In this document: positions 61,389 to 64,000 of the stretch, one piece after another | Numbering within the stretch: position 1 is the stretch's first letter | How the letters are laid out: each line of letters opens with the position of its first letter | Assembly (NCBI GenBank): GCA_964291235.2 | Contig: OZ219816.1 | Span: forward strand, 1,408,001 to 1,472,000 | Origin: Vicinamibacteria bacterium | Lineage (GTDB): Bacteria; Acidobacteriota; Vicinamibacteria; Marinacidobacterales; Marinacidobacteraceae | Direction: 5' to 3' | DNA: 64,000 nucleotides | Made by a program: the position numbers and the translations under genes | The notes under the pieces: generated by a model | The model's input: the letters and a program-made list of their open reading frames with translations, nothing else | What the model was told of the DNA's origin: nothing | Databases searched by the model: none

Positions 61389-62186
61389 ATGAACGCTGCC
61401 TCGCCAAGGAACGCCGTCGCCCTCGTGAAGCAGGTTCCCGACCGGAACTCCGCCTTTCGCCCCGCCGGCGACTGGATCGACGAATCCAGTCTCGGGTACG
61501 GCATCAACGACTACGACCGCTACGCGGTGGAAGCTGTCCTCGAACTGAAGGAAGCGGGACACGCCTCGGAAACGATCGCGGTGACCGCGGGGCCGGCGGA
61601 CGCGGGTCAGGTGCTCAGGAGTTGCCTGGCGATGGGGGTGGACCGCGGAGTCCACCTGATTACCGGACGCGACCGCCTCGCCGACCCCTTCTTCGTGGCG
61701 AGAGCGCTCTCCGAGGCGGTCGGCAAGCTGGACGCCGGAGTCGTCATCGCCGGACTGCTCGCCGAGGACAGCGGACACGGCCAGGTCGGGGGACTCGTCG
61801 CCGGATTGACGGGATATTCCTTCGCTTCGGCCGCCACCGGGCTGCAATTCGGAGACGGCGTCCTCGAAGTGCACCGGGAACTGGAAGGCGGCCGCGTGGC
61901 GGTCGTCGAGCTCACGCTCCCGGCGGTGGTCGCCGTGCAGACCGGAATCAACACTCCCCGCTACGCCAGCCTGCGCGGCATCATGGCCTCCCGCCGGAAA
62001 CCCGTCGAGCGCGTGGAACTGTCCGACGCCACCGGTTCCCCGGCGCTGCGGCGCCTCGCTCTGCGAAAACCGGAACGGGGCGTCAGCGCCGAGATTCTCC
62101 GGGGCTCGTCCACGGAGGTAGCCGAGGCGCTCGTGGGGCGGATGCGTTCCGGCGCCGGGATCGCCATTCCGGGAGACGCCCGGTGA
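61389..62186 (+). CDS. etfB: Electron transfer flavoprotein beta subunit
   Basis: VKQVPD, INDYDRYAVEA, LAMGVDRG, DSGHGQVG and INTPRYASLRGIM motifs. Confidence 0.94.
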   Translation: MNAASPRNAVALVKQVPDRNSAFRPAGDWIDESSLGYGINDYDRYAVEAVLELKEAGHASETIAVTAGPADAGQVLRSCLAMGVDRGVHLITGRDRLADPFFVARALSEAVGKLDAGVVIAGLLAEDSGHGQVGGLVAGLTGYSFASAATGLQFGDGVLEVHRELEGGRVAVVELTLPAVVAVQTGINTPRYASLRGIMASRRKPVERVELSDATGSPALRRLALRKPERGVSAEILRGSSTEVAEALVGRMRSGAGIAIPGDAR

Positions 62187-63148
62187 GTCGCCGTACCCTC
62201 GTCTTTTGTGATCCGGCGGCGCCCGCCGGGATCACCCTCGAGCTCCTGCACGCCGCCACCGACCTTTCCGGGTCGGCGGAACGGGTGAGTGTCGTGGTTC
62301 CGGTGGGCGACGCCAGCCAGGGGCAGGAGTTGGCCGCCGCCATTCCGGCCGGTGAACTCCTGCTCGTCGAAGGGCCGGCCCTCCAGTCTCCGACCGCGGA
62401 CGGTTATGCGGCCGCCGTCCTGCACGCCCGGGAGGCGAGCGGCGCGGAGGCCGTCCTGCTGCCTCACAACCCGGCCGGCTGGGACGTGGCGCCGTTGGTG
62501 GCCGCCCGGCTCGGGACCGCGGCCGCCACCGCCGCGTCGGCGCTTTCCTGGAGCGACGGCGGCCTGGTGGCCCAACGGTCGGCGTTCCTGGGCAAATTCG
62601 TGCAGGACGTGGTGGCGCCCAGCCTTCCGGCGGTGGCAACCGTCGAGCCCGGCGCCTTCGCTGCACTGGAGGCCGGACCCGCGGCCTCCGTCCGCATCCT
62701 GCCCTCGCCGGTACACCCGGAGAACCTCCGTTCGCGTCTCGTTGAGATCCGGGACTCGGGCGGCGGCGGCGTGGACCTGACCGCCGCGGACGTGGTGGTG
62801 GCGGCCGGGCGGGGCCTCGGGGGCCCCGAGAACCTCGGAATCGTGCGGGAGCTGGCGGCCGCTCTCGGGGGCGTGGTCGGGGCCTCGCGGGCAGTCACGG
62901 ACGCCGGCTGGCTCCCCCACGAGTTGCAGATCGGCTCGAGCGGGGCCACCGTCTCGCCGAAGCTCTACGTCGCCTGCGCGATCTCCGGGGCCATCCAGCA
63001 CCTGGTGGGCATGCGCGGCTCCCGCTTCGTGGTGGCCATCAACAAGGATCCCGACGCCCCGATTTTCGGGGCCGCCGACGTGGGAATCGTCGGCGATGCG
63101 CTGGAGATCATTCCGGCCGTCACCGAGGCGGTCCGGGGCAGCGGCTAG
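62183..63148 (+). CDS. etfA: Electron transfer flavoprotein alpha subunit
   Basis: [43 protein letters not shown] and [11 protein letters not shown] motifs. Confidence 0.95.
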   Translation: MSRRTLVFCDPAAPAGITLELLHAATDLSGSAERVSVVVPVGDASQGQELAAAIPAGELLLVEGPALQSPTADGYAAAVLHAREASGAEAVLLPHNPAGWDVAPLVAARLGTAAATAASALSWSDGGLVAQRSAFLGKFVQDVVAPSLPAVATVEPGAFAALEAGPAASVRILPSPVHPENLRSRLVEIRDSGGGGVDLTAADVVVAAGRGLGGPENLGIVRELAAALGGVVGASRAVTDAGWLPHELQIGSSGATVSPKLYVACAISGAIQHLVGMRGSRFVVAINKDPDAPIFGAADVGIVGDALEIIPAVTEAVRGSG

Positions 63149-63422
63149 CGACGCCGCCTCCCGTCTCCACCGATAGATTCGCTTCCTCTCGCGCCACGGC
63201 GCCGGCGGGGTGACGACACTCACGTCGTTGATCCGGGAAGGGTTGGTGTCGTCAGGCGCCCGTGTCCGGCGCTGCCGGACGGGTGCGCGCCCCCGGTGAA
63301 CTTCTCGCCCGCCGGTTTCGTATCAGGACACCGACGAAGGGCGCGCGCGCCGCTCGCGGTCAGCAGCCGCGCCTTTCGCCGCCGGGCTGCGCCGGACATT
63401 GCCGGCCGCGCCCCCTCCGAAG

Positions 63423-64000
63423 ATGCGCAGCGCTTTCCGCTCCCTCCTGGCGAGCCGCGGCTACGCGCTCCTCGCGGTCTCGGTGGTCGCGCTCGGAGTC
63501 GGAGCCAACACCGCGGTCTTCACCGTGGTCCACGGCGCCCTGTTCGCGCCGCTCCCCTACCGCGCCCCGAGCGAGCTGGTGCGGGTGGCGACCCAGTTCC
63601 CCACCATGGGGTTCGACCGGTTCTGGATCTCCGCCCCGGAATACCTCGAATACCGGGAGTGGAGCGCGGCGTTCGCCGAGTCCGGAGTCTTCAACACCGG
63701 CACGTCCTCGGTGCAAGCCGGCGGAGCGCCGTTCCGCGCCGAGCTCGCTTCGGTCTCCGCGAGCCTCTTCCGCACCCTGGGGATCTCCGCCGCCCGCGGG
63801 AGGGTCTTTGGCGACGCCGAGGACCGCCCCGGCGCCGAACCCGTCGTCCTCCTCTCGGACGGGGTCTGGCGGCGATCCTTCGGCGCCGATCCGGACATCC
63901 TCGGCGCCCGGATCACGGTCGATGGGTTCCGGCGAACGGTCACGGGGGTCTTGCCGCCGGGAGTGGATCTGCTCGATCGCCGGATCGAGTTCTGGGTCCC
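63423..64000 (+). CDS. ABC transporter permease, MacB/ADOP type (5' part; runs off the window)
   Basis: MRSAFRSLLASRGYALLAVSVVALGVGANTAVFTVVHGALFAPLPYRAPSELV...VVLLSDGVWRRSFGADPDILG..VTGVLP, the typical ADOP N-terminus. Confidence 0.88.
   Translation, partial: MRSAFRSLLASRGYALLAVSVVALGVGANTAVFTVVHGALFAPLPYRAPSELVRVATQFPTMGFDRFWISAPEYLEYREWSAAFAESGVFNTGTSSVQAGGAPFRAELASVSASLFRTLGISAARGRVFGDAEDRPGAEPVVLLSDGVWRRSFGADPDILGARITVDGFRRTVTGVLPPGVDLLDRRIEFWV

Overview
High-GC (about 68-70% by eye) bacterial chromosome segment made mostly of housekeeping genes. It is probably from the Acidobacteriota, inferred from the ADOP-type permease and stand-alone HlyD adaptor. Core content: sugar-nucleotide genes, tRNA-Gly, bactofilin-ald-lipM-grpE-dnaJ-prmA-rsmE, a Ser/Thr kinase with recX-alaS, gatCA, thiL, zapA, thrS-infC-rpmI-rplT, tRNA-Val, a GspE/PilB ATPase, a Na/Pi symporter, an HtrA protease, suhB-rsbW-rng-rodA-mrdA-mreDCB, ppiD, a STAS protein, moeA-moaC-larE-MBL hydrolase, tatA, an OCD-family enzyme, nnr-tsaE-sulfatase-like, a Tat-exported Mo-hydroxylase pair, a TPAT (TatT/TRAP) transporter, HlyD, etfBA and the start of an ADOP permease. 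I saw no CRISPR array, rRNA, transposase or integrase. Most notable: (i) two tandem outer-membrane beta-barrel paralogues, each with its own near-consensus sigma-54 promoter; (ii) an operon with a lipoprotein (exported) agmatine deiminase, an NhaC-family transporter, a cytoplasmic AguB and a queuosine-precursor transporter; (iii) a sulfatase-fold lipoprotein that has lost its metal ligands and nucleophile motif; (iv) a 700-bp mosaic of REP/MITE-like hairpins that shares a module with a second intergenic region; (v) signs of leaderless transcription at several genes. Several single-base frameshifts in short homopolymers (rsmE, thrS, Na/Pi, rng, probably pilB) point to assembly indel errors, so apparent fusions and pseudogenes need caution. 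All family calls come from motif recognition by eye; no database search was run.
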